The notes beneath the pieces were generated by a model, which saw only the letters and a list, made by a program, of their open reading frames with translations, was not told where the DNA came from and made no database searches. Position numbers and translations under genes: made by a program. A DNA stretch of 64,000 bases, taken from Armatimonadota bacterium (GTDB lineage Bacteria > Armatimonadota > Hebobacteria > CAIYQO01). Shown in pieces: positions 51,359 to 60,701 of the stretch (within the stretch, counting starts at the first letter, position 1; each line of letters starts with the position of its first letter). The stretch is taken from contig JBBRXO010000003.1 of NCBI GenBank assembly GCA_038248345.1, positions 9,361 through 73,360 of the forward strand, written 5' to 3'.

Positions 51359-54300
51359 ATGGCAAATATCCCTGAAAAAGTTATCTCCAGAGCTGATCTG
51401 GAGTCAATTAAAACACAATACGATGCGCAGCAAAAAGATATCCGCTTCCATCTGCTGGTATGTGCTGGCGCTGGCTGCGTCTCTTCCGGCTGTTATGCCG
51501 TGCGTGATGCGCTGGTTGCCGCGCTGAAAGATGCGGGGCTCACCGAGCAGGTATCGCTACAGGAGACTGGCTGCATCGGCACCTGCGACCTGGGGCCATC
51601 GCTGGTGATACAGCCGGACGATGTCTTCTACACGAAGCTAAAACCGGAAGATATGGCACGGATTGTACAACAGCACCTGCAGGATGGACAGGTTATCGAA
51701 CGCCTCTGCTACTGGGACAAGGACAAAGAGAAGCACGTCACCCAGTTGTCGGAGATTGAATTCTTCAAACGGCAACTGCGGTTAGTGACCGGGCGTTGCG
51801 GCAATCTGCCGTATCAGTCGGTCGAGGCGTATATCTCCTCGGATGGCTACCTGGCGCTGGCGAAAGCCCTCACCGATATGTCGCGCATGGACGTCATCGA
51901 CGAGATGAAACGCTCTGGCCTGCGGGGCCGCGGCGGCGGCGGTTTCCCCGCCGGCATCAAGTGGCTGGCGGGCTATAACGCGCCGGGCAGCGAGAAGTAC
52001 ATCGTCTGCAATGGCGACGAGGGCGACCCTGGCGCATTCATGGATCGCTCGCTGATGGAGGGTGATCCTCACGCCGTCATCGAGGGGATGTTAATCGCCG
52101 GTTATGCTATCGGCGCTAATCATGGCTTTATCTATGTACGAGCCGAGTACCCGCTGGCTATTAACCGCATGGAAGTCGCGCTGCGCCAGGCACGGGAATT
52201 AGGTCTCCTCGGTGACCACGTGATGGGCACCGACTTCGCCTTTGATATTGAGATTCGCATCGGAGCAGGAGCCTTTGTCTGCGGTGAAGAGACCGCGCTG
52301 ATGGATTCCATCGAGGGCAAACGCGGCGAGCCACGACAGAAGCCGCCATTCCCCTTCGAGGCGGGTGTTTTCGGCAAGCCGACGATTATCAATAATGTGG
52401 AGACGCTGGCCAATGTTCCGCTGATCATCTACCGGGGTGCGGACTGGTTCACGCAATACGGCACTGAAGGCAGCAAGGGGACGAAAGTCTTCGCGCTGGC
52501 CGGTGATGTGCAGAACACCGGCATCGTCGAAGTACCGCTGGGCATTCCGTTGGGAGAGATCATCTTCGATATCGGCGGCGGCATCCAGAAGGGCAAGCTC
52601 TTCAAAGCCGCGCAGACCGGCGGCCCCTCGGGCGGTTGTCTCACGCGCAAGCATCTGAATACTCCGGTGGATTACGATTCGCTGGTGAAGCTGGGCACTA
52701 TCATGGGCTCCGGCGGTCTCATCGTCATGGATGAGGACACCTGTATGGTGGATGTCGCCCGGTTCTTCCTCGATTTCGTGCAGGATGAATCCTGCGGTAA
52801 GTGTGTCCCCTGCCGTATCGGCACCAAGCGTATGCTGGAGATTCTGGAGCGTATCACTAAAGGCGAGGGCAAGGAAGGCGATATCGAGTTGCTGGAAGAG
52901 CTGGCAATGACTTGCAAAGAGACGGCCACCTGTGGGTTAGGACAGACGGCAGGTAACCCGGTGTTAAGTACCATCCGCCACTTCCGCGAGGAATATGAAG
53001 AGCATATCAAGTATCATTATTGTCGCGCTGGTGTCTGCGCTGACTTGATGCAGTCGCCATGTCAGAATGCTTGTCCGGCTGGAGTTAACATCCCCGGCTA
53101 TGTGGCGCTTATCGCCGCTGGCAGGCCGCGGGATGCCTACAATCTAGTACGCAAGGAGAATCCATTCCCCGCGATTTGTGGGCGCGTTTGTACTCACCCT
53201 TGCGAGAGCAAATGCCGTCGCTCGCAACTGGATGAACCGCTGGCCATCTGCGACCTGAAGCGCTATGCGGCGGATTATGTCTTTTACAACGAAGAGCCGT
53301 ATATGGATCTCGTCTTCCCACAAAAACCGGAGTCGGTGGGGATAATTGGTGCTGGCCCCAGCGGTTTAACCTGCGCCTACTACCTGGCGCGGTTGGGCTA
53401 TAATGTCACTGTTTATGAAGCTGAGAGTATCGCTGGTGGTATGCTGGCGTATGGAATCCCGGAATATCGCCTGCCCAATGCGATCCTCGCAAAAGAGATA
53501 AAATTATTGGAGCAAGTTGGTGTAAATATTAAAACTGGGGTTGAAGTGGGCAAAGATATACTGTTTGCTGAATTGAAAGAGAAGCACAATGCAATTTATA
53601 TCGCTATCGGCACGCAGTTCCCCAATAAGATTAACATCCCGGGCGAGGAGCTGCCGGGCGTCTATCATGGCCTGAATTTCCTGCGTGATGTTGCGCTGGG
53701 ACGCCCGACCACCGTGGGCAAAAACGTGATAGTAATCGGAGGTGGTAGTACCGCCTTTGATACCGCGCGCACGGCGCTACGCATGGGAGCGGAGAAAGTC
53801 ACTATTATCTATCGGCGGCAAATCGAAGATATGCCGGCGGATGTTCGGGAAATTGATGAAGCTATTGAAGAAGGTATCGAGATCGTTCCGCTCACTGCGC
53901 CGCTCGAGTTCGTCGGTCATGAGAGGGTCGAAGGTGTCCGATGTGCGCAGATGGAATTGCGTGGTTATGATGATGCCGGACGCCGCAAGCCGGTGCAAGT
54001 GAAGGGCAATGAATTCGTCCTCTCGGCGGACATGGTGATCCCGGCAGTCAGCCAACATTCGGACTTACCTTTCATCGACAAGGATGAAGTGGAACTGACA
54101 CAATGGGGCACGTTGATAACAGATCCGGAGACGATGATGACCTCCATGCGTGGTGTCTTCGCTGGTGGCGATGCGGTGCGCGGCCCCGATGTGGTAATCC
54201 AGGCGATTGCCGACGGTAAAAAGACGGCGATCAACATCGACCTTTTCCTCGGTGGCGCCGGGGTACTCAATACCGGCGAGGCTATTGAAATCCCAGCGGC

Positions 54301-54457
54301 AACTGAAGAGAAAGAGGTCGTGGAGCATGAGCGTTTCGCGCTTCGCTACCGTGACGCGGAGGGAAGAAAGCAGGACTTCCAAGAGTGTGTCGTCGGATTT
54401 CATAAATTGAATGCTATAGCCGAAGCCATGCGTTGTTTGCGTTGCGACAAGCGCTAA
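51359..54457 (+). CDS. hydB: [FeFe]-hydrogenase beta subunit (NuoF-like) fused to a GltD/NfnB-like FAD/NAD(P) module
   Basis: Thioredoxin-like 2Fe-2S (CAGAGC..GCIGTC), GRGGGGFP, NGDEGDPG, CGEET, CGKCVPCRIG..CGLG, HIKYHYCRAGVC, then CQNACP, CGRVCTHPCESKC, GAGPSG, GGGSTAFD..YRR, RCLRC. Confidence 0.9.
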   Translation: MANIPEKVISRADLESIKTQYDAQQKDIRFHLLVCAGAGCVSSGCYAVRDALVAALKDAGLTEQVSLQETGCIGTCDLGPSLVIQPDDVFYTKLKPEDMARIVQQHLQDGQVIERLCYWDKDKEKHVTQLSEIEFFKRQLRLVTGRCGNLPYQSVEAYISSDGYLALAKALTDMSRMDVIDEMKRSGLRGRGGGGFPAGIKWLAGYNAPGSEKYIVCNGDEGDPGAFMDRSLMEGDPHAVIEGMLIAGYAIGANHGFIYVRAEYPLAINRMEVALRQARELGLLGDHVMGTDFAFDIEIRIGAGAFVCGEETALMDSIEGKRGEPRQKPPFPFEAGVFGKPTIINNVETLANVPLIIYRGADWFTQYGTEGSKGTKVFALAGDVQNTGIVEVPLGIPLGEIIFDIGGGIQKGKLFKAAQTGGPSGGCLTRKHLNTPVDYDSLVKLGTIMGSGGLIVMDEDTCMVDVARFFLDFVQDESCGKCVPCRIGTKRMLEILERITKGEGKEGDIELLEELAMTCKETATCGLGQTAGNPVLSTIRHFREEYEEHIKYHYCRAGVCADLMQSPCQNACPAGVNIPGYVALIAAGRPRDAYNLVRKENPFPAICGRVCTHPCESKCRRSQLDEPLAICDLKRYAADYVFYNEEPYMDLVFPQKPESVGIIGAGPSGLTCAYYLARLGYNVTVYEAESIAGGMLAYGIPEYRLPNAILAKEIKLLEQVGVNIKTGVEVGKDILFAELKEKHNAIYIAIGTQFPNKINIPGEELPGVYHGLNFLRDVALGRPTTVGKNVIVIGGGSTAFDTARTALRMGAEKVTIIYRRQIEDMPADVREIDEAIEEGIEIVPLTAPLEFVGHERVEGVRCAQMELRGYDDAGRRKPVQVKGNEFVLSADMVIPAVSQHSDLPFIDKDEVELTQWGTLITDPETMMTSMRGVFAGGDAVRGPDVVIQAIADGKKTAINIDLFLGGAGVLNTGEAIEIPAATEEKEVVEHERFALRYRDAEGRKQDFQECVVGFHKLNAIAEAMRCLRCDKR

Positions 54458-54475
54458 TCTGAAGGTGAGGAAAGA

Positions 54476-56287
54476 ATGTCAACTGTAAATCTAATTATTA
54501 ATGGAAAACAACTGGCCGTAGAAGAAGGCATTTCTGTGCTGGAAGCGGCCAAGCACAATAATATTCTGATCCCCCACTTGTGTTACTTAGAGGGGGTTCA
54601 TCAGATCGGCGCCTGTCGTGTATGTGTTGTGGAGATTGAAGGTGCGCGTACTTTGCAGGCCTCATGTTTGGTGCCAGTACGTGAGGGTATGGTGGTGAAG
54701 ACCAACACCGACAAAGTGCGTAAAGCGCGCAAGGTGCTCTATGAACTGATGCTCTCCGACCATCCACGCGACTGCCTGAGCTGCTCGCGTAATCAAAACT
54801 GCGAGTTCCAGAAGCTGGGTGAGTTGATCCAGGTCACCGAATATCGCTTTGAAGGTGAGAAGTCGCGCGCCTTCCTGGATAGCTCCAGCCCATCCATTAC
54901 GCGCGATACCTCCAAGTGTATTCTCTGCCGCAGGTGCATCACCGTCTGCAATGATATTCAAGGGGTGGGGGTGCTGAATGTGCAGAAACGTGGCTTTAAG
55001 ACGGTCGTCGGCCCCGCTGATGAGTTGCCCTTGAATTCTGTGAACTGTGCCAATTGCGGGCAATGCACCGTTGTATGTCCGGTGGGGGCGCTCGTCGAGA
55101 AAGATGCCACGCAGCCGGTCTGGCAGGCACTGCTCGATCCAACGAAACGCGTTGTGGTGCAGACGGCTCCCGCTATCCGCGCCGCCCTGGGCGAGGAGTT
55201 CGGTTACCCGGCGGGCACGCTGGTGACGGGCAAAATGGCCACTGCGCTGCGCGAGATGGGCTTCGATGATGTCTTCGATACCAACTTCACCGCTGACCTG
55301 ACTATCCTGGAAGAAGGGCATGAACTGCTGCAGCGGGTAACGGCAGCATTAACCGGCGGACAAGCCTCGCTGCCGATGATCACCTCGTGCTCACCAGGCT
55401 GGATCAAGTATATCGAGCATGAATTCCCGCAACTGGTATCGCACCTGTCTACCTGCAAGTCGCCGCATATGATGCTGGGCGCGCTGGCAAAGTCCTACTA
55501 CGCTGATAAAATAGGAGTGCCGGCGAAGGATATGTACGTGGTATCGGTAATGCCGTGTACGGCGAAGAAATATGAGATCAGCCGACCGGAGATGTTCCTC
55601 GATGGTATGCCCACCGTGGACGCCGTCCTCACCACCCGAGAGCTGGCGCGCATGATCAAGGATGCGGGCATCTCCTTCGATACACTGGAGGACTCGGAAT
55701 TCGATAGCCCGCTGGGGTATTCCACCGGGGCTGCCGATATCTTCGGCACCACTGGCGGAGTGATGGAAGCCGCGCTACGCACTGTCTATGAAGTAGTGAC
55801 TGGCCGTGAAGTGCCGTTCGCACATCTGGATATCACCCCGGTACGCGGGCTGTTCCAGGTGAAGGAAGCCTTCATTACTATCGAAGATGCCAAGCCGGAA
55901 TTCGCCTTCCTCAATGGGGTAAGGGTAGGTATCGCTGTCACCAGCGGACTCTCCGGCGCGAAGAAGCTGATGCGGCAGATCGCCGATGGTACCTCACCGT
56001 ACCACTTCATTGAAGTGATGGGGTGCCCTAACGGTTGCATCAGCGGTGGTGGACAGCCACGACCGACGACCAATGCGATACGCAAAGCGCGTATGGAAGC
56101 CATCTACGCCGAAGACGCTGGCAAAGCCATGCGCAAATCGCACGAGAACCCCTTCGTCATCAATCTGTACGAGGAGTTCCTCGGTGAGCCGCTGGGACAT
56201 AAATCCCACGAGCTACTGCATACGCACTATGTGAAACGTGGACGTTACAATGAATTGTGCAACTGTGATGAGGAAGAGCAGGAATAG
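54476..56287 (+). CDS. hydA: [FeFe]-hydrogenase catalytic subunit, group A
   Basis: H-cluster motifs TSCSPGW, MPCTAKKYE, EVMGCPNGCISGGGQP; N-terminal 2Fe-2S, His-ligated and 2x4Fe-4S domains. Confidence 0.97.
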   Translation: MSTVNLIINGKQLAVEEGISVLEAAKHNNILIPHLCYLEGVHQIGACRVCVVEIEGARTLQASCLVPVREGMVVKTNTDKVRKARKVLYELMLSDHPRDCLSCSRNQNCEFQKLGELIQVTEYRFEGEKSRAFLDSSSPSITRDTSKCILCRRCITVCNDIQGVGVLNVQKRGFKTVVGPADELPLNSVNCANCGQCTVVCPVGALVEKDATQPVWQALLDPTKRVVVQTAPAIRAALGEEFGYPAGTLVTGKMATALREMGFDDVFDTNFTADLTILEEGHELLQRVTAALTGGQASLPMITSCSPGWIKYIEHEFPQLVSHLSTCKSPHMMLGALAKSYYADKIGVPAKDMYVVSVMPCTAKKYEISRPEMFLDGMPTVDAVLTTRELARMIKDAGISFDTLEDSEFDSPLGYSTGAADIFGTTGGVMEAALRTVYEVVTGREVPFAHLDITPVRGLFQVKEAFITIEDAKPEFAFLNGVRVGIAVTSGLSGAKKLMRQIADGTSPYHFIEVMGCPNGCISGGGQPRPTTNAIRKARMEAIYAEDAGKAMRKSHENPFVINLYEEFLGEPLGHKSHELLHTHYVKRGRYNELCNCDEEEQE

Positions 56288-56301
56288 GATGATCAGGTAT
56301 C

Positions 56302-56441
56302 CCTGGGAGTGCAGGCGTCCCGCCTGCCCGTGGTGTTCCGATTAAATTAATGGATTAAGAGATTCTACGTATATCATAATATGAAATGCGTAGAATCTCT
56401 TAGTTCGTTTTCGGGGCAGGCGTCCCGCCTGCGCTCCCAGG
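56302..56441. repeat. Nested palindrome: GGAG-type REP doublet enclosing an AT-rich hairpin
   Basis: CCTGGGAGTGCAGGCGTCCCGCCTGCCC ... TAAGAGATTCTACG..CGTAGAATCTCTTA ... GGGCAGGCGTCCCGCCTGCGCTCCCAGG; a degenerate single copy is at 59442-59467. Confidence 0.8.
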
Positions 56442-56445
56442 TTAA

Positions 56446-57786
56446 TTATTTCGCTCCTGCTTTACGGAGCATAGCGGCGATATCCTGTTGTTTCGTTTCG
56501 TTGGCTAATTGTAGTGGTGTTTTATTGTCGGTAGTTTTGCTGTTGACGTCGGCTTTGCGGGCGATTAGCACTTCTAGCAGATCGCTTGCCCCCACCGTTA
56601 CCGCCTTGTAGAGCAACGTCTGGCCGTCATTCCCTTTGGCGTTGATATCAGCGCCTTTTCCAACAAGGTAGTCGATAATATCTGTGCTGACTCCACCGAG
56701 TGGTATTTGTAGTAATGCAGTAGCGCCTTCATTATCAACAGAATTTACATTAGCACCCTTTGCGACCATATGTTTGATGATCTCGATGGTGCCCATACCG
56801 GCGGCCAGTTGCAGTGGCGTGGTACCATATTTTGCTGGGGTATTCACGTCCTGCCCTTTGCCCAGCAGATAGTCAATTATCTCAATATTCCCCGTGATTA
56901 CTGCCTTATGTAGCGCAGAGTAGCCGAAGTCATTTTTTAGATCGAGCTTCGCCCCGTTTGCGATGAGTAACTCCAGGATATCTTTGCTACTGCCACAAGC
57001 TTCCATAAGGGGAGTATCGCCAGTTTCGGTGCGGCTATTGATATCAACTCCGCTGGCGTGTAATAGCTTAATTGATTCGATCGCCCCCGATTGTGCGGCG
57101 ATATGCAGGGGATTCGCCCCTTCTTTGTTCACCTGTTGCGGGTTGGCGCCTTTTGCAAGTAATGCTTTCTCGATATCAATCGCGTTTTCTGCTGCTGCCA
57201 TATGTAGTGGTGTGGCACCATTATGGTTTATGATATTCGGGTTGATAGTGGCCTTACTCAACAGATATTTCACCATTTCCAGTGAGTTGCGCTGCACGGC
57301 AAGGAGAAGCGGGGTGTTGCCGTCATCATCCTGCAGATTGATAAGCGCCTGATGCCCGAGTAGTATCTTCGCAGTTTCAATAGTATTGTCGCCCTGTGCC
57401 GCGTAGTGCAACGGTGTCTGCCCCCGGTCATCCAATGGATCATTGGCTGCTCCGCGCGCCAGCAATAAATCCACGATTTCGCGTTTACCCGTCATGGCGG
57501 CGACATGTAGCGGGGTCTCGCCATTATAGCCACGGGCGTTAACACTGGCACCCTGGTCGATAAGGTACCCAACAATCTCTTTACTACCAAAAAATGCCGC
57601 CCAGTGTATCGCCTGCTCTCCATTATTATCTTTTTCGAGCAGCAAGGCTGAAGTGGCTTTAAGGATTGTGGTAGTTCTCGCCAGGTCACCTGCCATGATG
57701 GCATCCTGCAAGTCATTCGCCCGGCACAGCGGCACCGCGCAGATGGTTACCACACAGAGTAACAACATCGAGATGCGTTTCAACAT
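56446..57786 (-). CDS. Secreted ankyrin-repeat protein
   Basis: Start MLKRISM behind AGGAGGAG; signal peptide; about a dozen GxTPLH/GADVN repeats. Confidence 0.9.
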   Translation of the reverse strand: MLKRISMLLLCVVTICAVPLCRANDLQDAIMAGDLARTTTILKATSALLLEKDNNGEQAIHWAAFFGSKEIVGYLIDQGASVNARGYNGETPLHVAAMTGKREIVDLLLARGAANDPLDDRGQTPLHYAAQGDNTIETAKILLGHQALINLQDDDGNTPLLLAVQRNSLEMVKYLLSKATINPNIINHNGATPLHMAAAENAIDIEKALLAKGANPQQVNKEGANPLHIAAQSGAIESIKLLHASGVDINSRTETGDTPLMEACGSSKDILELLIANGAKLDLKNDFGYSALHKAVITGNIEIIDYLLGKGQDVNTPAKYGTTPLQLAAGMGTIEIIKHMVAKGANVNSVDNEGATALLQIPLGGVSTDIIDYLVGKGADINAKGNDGQTLLYKAVTVGASDLLEVLIARKADVNSKTTDNKTPLQLANETKQQDIAAMLRKAGAK

Positions 57787-57829
57787 GATAGTCTCCTCCT
57801 TATTAACGTGGGCTATGCACACAACCAAT

Positions 57830-57927
57830 TGTAGGGGCACAAGGCTTGTGCCCACGTCGTAACCACACCTTCAATCGGTCATATCTCCCATACCCCGTAT
57901 AAAGGGCAAGTGCCATGTGCCCCTACA
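57830..57927. repeat. REPIN-like doublet, GTAG-type REP (copy 2)
   Basis: TGTAGGGGCACAAGGCTTGTGCCC ... GGGCAAGTGCCATGTGCCCCTACA. Confidence 0.85.
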
Positions 57928-57929
57928 AA

Positions 57930-59378
57930 TTATTCCTCGTCCTGCATCTTGCGCGAGTGGCGGTTGCGGGGTTTGTTGTCGCCGCCGTCTTTGCCGCTAC
58001 TCTCGCGGATGATAAAACGTACAGGTGTGCCCTCCAGCGAGAACTGCTTGCGGATCTGGTTCTCCAGGTAGCGTTCGGTGGAGAAGTGCAATAACGCCGG
58101 GTCATTGACGAAGAGCGCGAAAGTAGGTGGCTTGGTACTCACTTGTGTGCCGTAGTAAATCTTCAACATACGCCCGCGGCGTGAAGTTGGCTTCTCGAAA
58201 GTCGCCGCGGCCAGTAAGCGATTCAGCTCGCCGGTCTGGATACGCATGGAGTGCTGCTCAGCTACTTCCGTCACCGTGGTCAGCAGCTCATTCAGCCCTT
58301 TGCGCTTGGTAGTAGAGAGAAACACGATTGGGGCATAATTGGCGAAAATAAGCTCATGCCGAACATCGGTGGTGAACTCCTCCAACAATTTTTTGCGCTC
58401 GCTGGTGCCCAATTGCTGCGTATCATCCAATCCTTCGGTACCGCGTGCCTTATTCAACACCAGATCCCACTTGTTCACCGCTATCACCAGACCGCGCCCG
58501 TTCTCGTTGGCATATCCGGCGATGCGCTTGTCCTGGTCAGTCACGCCCTCGGTGGCGTCAATCATCATCACCACGATGTCGGAGCGGTCAATCGCGCTGA
58601 AAGCGCGGATAACGCTGTAGTATTCCACATCTGCGTTCACCTTACTTTTGCGGCGGATGCCGGCGGTATCAGTTATGACGAAGGGGATGTCATTCCAAGT
58701 ATAGTCGGTATCCAGCGAGTCGCGCGTGGTGCCCGCTGTCGGGCTGACGATGGCGCGTTCCTCGTTGATCAAAGCATTCAGCAGCGAGGACTTGCCCACG
58801 TTGGGACGCCCCACTATGGTCATGCGCAGCCGCTCGTCCTCGTCGTCATCGGAGATGATCTCCGGCGGAGGAGGGAGCAGATCGCAGATGGTATCCAGCA
58901 TGGTGTCGACATCCATACCGTGTAGCGCGGATATAGTGATAGGTTCACCAAAACCCAGCGAGTAGAATTCCAGCGCCTCATCCTTGCGCTGTTTGCTCTC
59001 TACTTTGTTTACCGTCAGCACTACCTTTTTACCGGTGCGCCGCAGCATCTCGGATATCTCCCGATCCTGGTGTGTCAGGCCATCGCGACCATCCACCAGG
59101 AAGACGATTACGTCCGCTTCCTCAATGGCGAAGGTCGCTTGACGGCGGATGTGGTCAGTAAATTCATCGTGACCGGTGTCGATGCCCCCGGTGTCGATAA
59201 GTACGAAAGGATGGCCGTACCACTCGCATTCAGCATACAGTCGGTCGCGCGTAACCCCCGGCTCCTCTTGAATTATAGCAATACGCCGCCCTGAGAGACG
59301 GTTAAACAATGTGGACTTCCCCACGTTAGGCCGCCCCACTATGGCGACAATCGGTCTAGCTTGTGCATATATCGGCAT
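57930..59378 (-). CDS. der: Ribosome biogenesis GTPase Der (EngA)
   Basis: Two GRPNVGKS G-domains, DTGG/DTAG, NKVE/NKWD, KH-like C-terminus. Confidence 0.97.
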   Translation of the reverse strand: MPIYAQARPIVAIVGRPNVGKSTLFNRLSGRRIAIIQEEPGVTRDRLYAECEWYGHPFVLIDTGGIDTGHDEFTDHIRRQATFAIEEADVIVFLVDGRDGLTHQDREISEMLRRTGKKVVLTVNKVESKQRKDEALEFYSLGFGEPITISALHGMDVDTMLDTICDLLPPPPEIISDDDEDERLRMTIVGRPNVGKSSLLNALINEERAIVSPTAGTTRDSLDTDYTWNDIPFVITDTAGIRRKSKVNADVEYYSVIRAFSAIDRSDIVVMMIDATEGVTDQDKRIAGYANENGRGLVIAVNKWDLVLNKARGTEGLDDTQQLGTSERKKLLEEFTTDVRHELIFANYAPIVFLSTTKRKGLNELLTTVTEVAEQHSMRIQTGELNRLLAAATFEKPTSRRGRMLKIYYGTQVSTKPPTFALFVNDPALLHFSTERYLENQIRKQFSLEGTPVRFIIRESSGKDGGDNKPRNRHSRKMQDEE

Positions 59379-59545
59379 ACATATATTGTACCAGAGAATA
59401 GGGATGGGGGGAAATTGACGAATGGCACAATGTTGTTACCGCTGGGAGCGCACGCTTCCAGCGTACCCGTAGCATGTGCGTTTCAATATCATGAGGTCCT
59501 CGAATGATGCCCATGAGAATGGTCATTGGTAAGTCATATTTTTAC

Positions 59546-60511
59546 CTACTCTTTATTCTTCTCACCCTCAATAATCTTCGGCATCCCTTTGTCCCCGAAG
59601 AGTTGTCCCAGATTGGTGGCGGCTTCTACCCATTCTACCGGGAAGAGGACTACCGTGTTGCTGCTGTTGGGCCCGAGGCCATCTATCGTCTGTAGGTAGC
59701 GCAGTTGCATGGCACCGGGGCTTTTGATCATCGTTTCTGCTGCTTGCGAGAGGTTGACGGCGGCGAGCATGTCGCCTTCCGCCTTGGTGATGGTGGCGCG
59801 CTTCTCGCGTTCGGCGCTGGCCTGGCGCGACATCATGCGCTTCAGGTCCTCGGGCAGTTCAATATCGAGCAGACGAATTGATTCCACGTGCATGCCCCAG
59901 TCGCGAATATGCTTCTCCACGATGACGCCGATGCGTTCCTGTATCTGCTCGCGCTCTACCAGCAGATCATCGAGAGACAGACCACCCACCACGTCGCGCA
60001 ACGCCCCCTGCGCGTACTGGCTGATGGCGAACTGGTAGTCCTGCACCTTGGTCACCGCGCGTTCGGCATCGGTGATTGTGTAGAATAGTGCAGCATCTAT
60101 CTGCGCAGGCACGTTGTCCTTGGTGATGACCTTCTGCCGGGGGATGTTGAGCACCAGCGTGCGGGTATCAACGAAACGGATGTAGTCAAAGAAGGGTACC
60201 ACGTAGATAATGCCCGGACCACGAATGCCGACGAAGTTACCCAACCGCAGCAAGACACCGCGCTCCCATTGCGCCGCTACGCGCATGCCAGAGATGATTA
60301 TCCAGGCGACGATTGCAGTGATAATGGTGATTATAATCGGCACGCTTTTATCCTCACCAACGGAACTGGTGAAAGCGATAATTGCCGTCAGGCCGACAAC
60401 GATAACCCAGATGGCACCGCGCAGTGTTGTCCCCAGCGACATATGTGTTCCGGCCGGTTGAGCGAACTGGCGCATAGGCATGTTAAAAGAGAGCTGTGGC
60501 ATTTCTGACAT
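59546..60511 (-). CDS. SPFH/stomatin (slipin) family membrane protein
   Basis: WERGVLLRLG, GPGI, VITKDNV, AEREKRA, AMQLRYLQT. Confidence 0.92.
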   Translation of the reverse strand: MSEMPQLSFNMPMRQFAQPAGTHMSLGTTLRGAIWVIVVGLTAIIAFTSSVGEDKSVPIIITIITAIVAWIIISGMRVAAQWERGVLLRLGNFVGIRGPGIIYVVPFFDYIRFVDTRTLVLNIPRQKVITKDNVPAQIDAALFYTITDAERAVTKVQDYQFAISQYAQGALRDVVGGLSLDDLLVEREQIQERIGVIVEKHIRDWGMHVESIRLLDIELPEDLKRMMSRQASAEREKRATITKAEGDMLAAVNLSQAAETMIKSPGAMQLRYLQTIDGLGPNSSNTVVLFPVEWVEAATNLGQLFGDKGMPKIIEGEKNKE

Positions 60512-60701
60512 TTTAGTTACACTCCTGTATGTAGAATGGCTAATCTAACAACATAAACTGATAATTGTCAAATTTATCCAGAATCTATTGTTGATTAATC
60601 GCTCATACCGCTCAAATGTTGACCGATTGAAGCAGTCTTATGGTATGCTTTTCCCAATATTATTCTGATTTCAATGCCCGTAATTGTTGGAGGATATGTC
60701 T

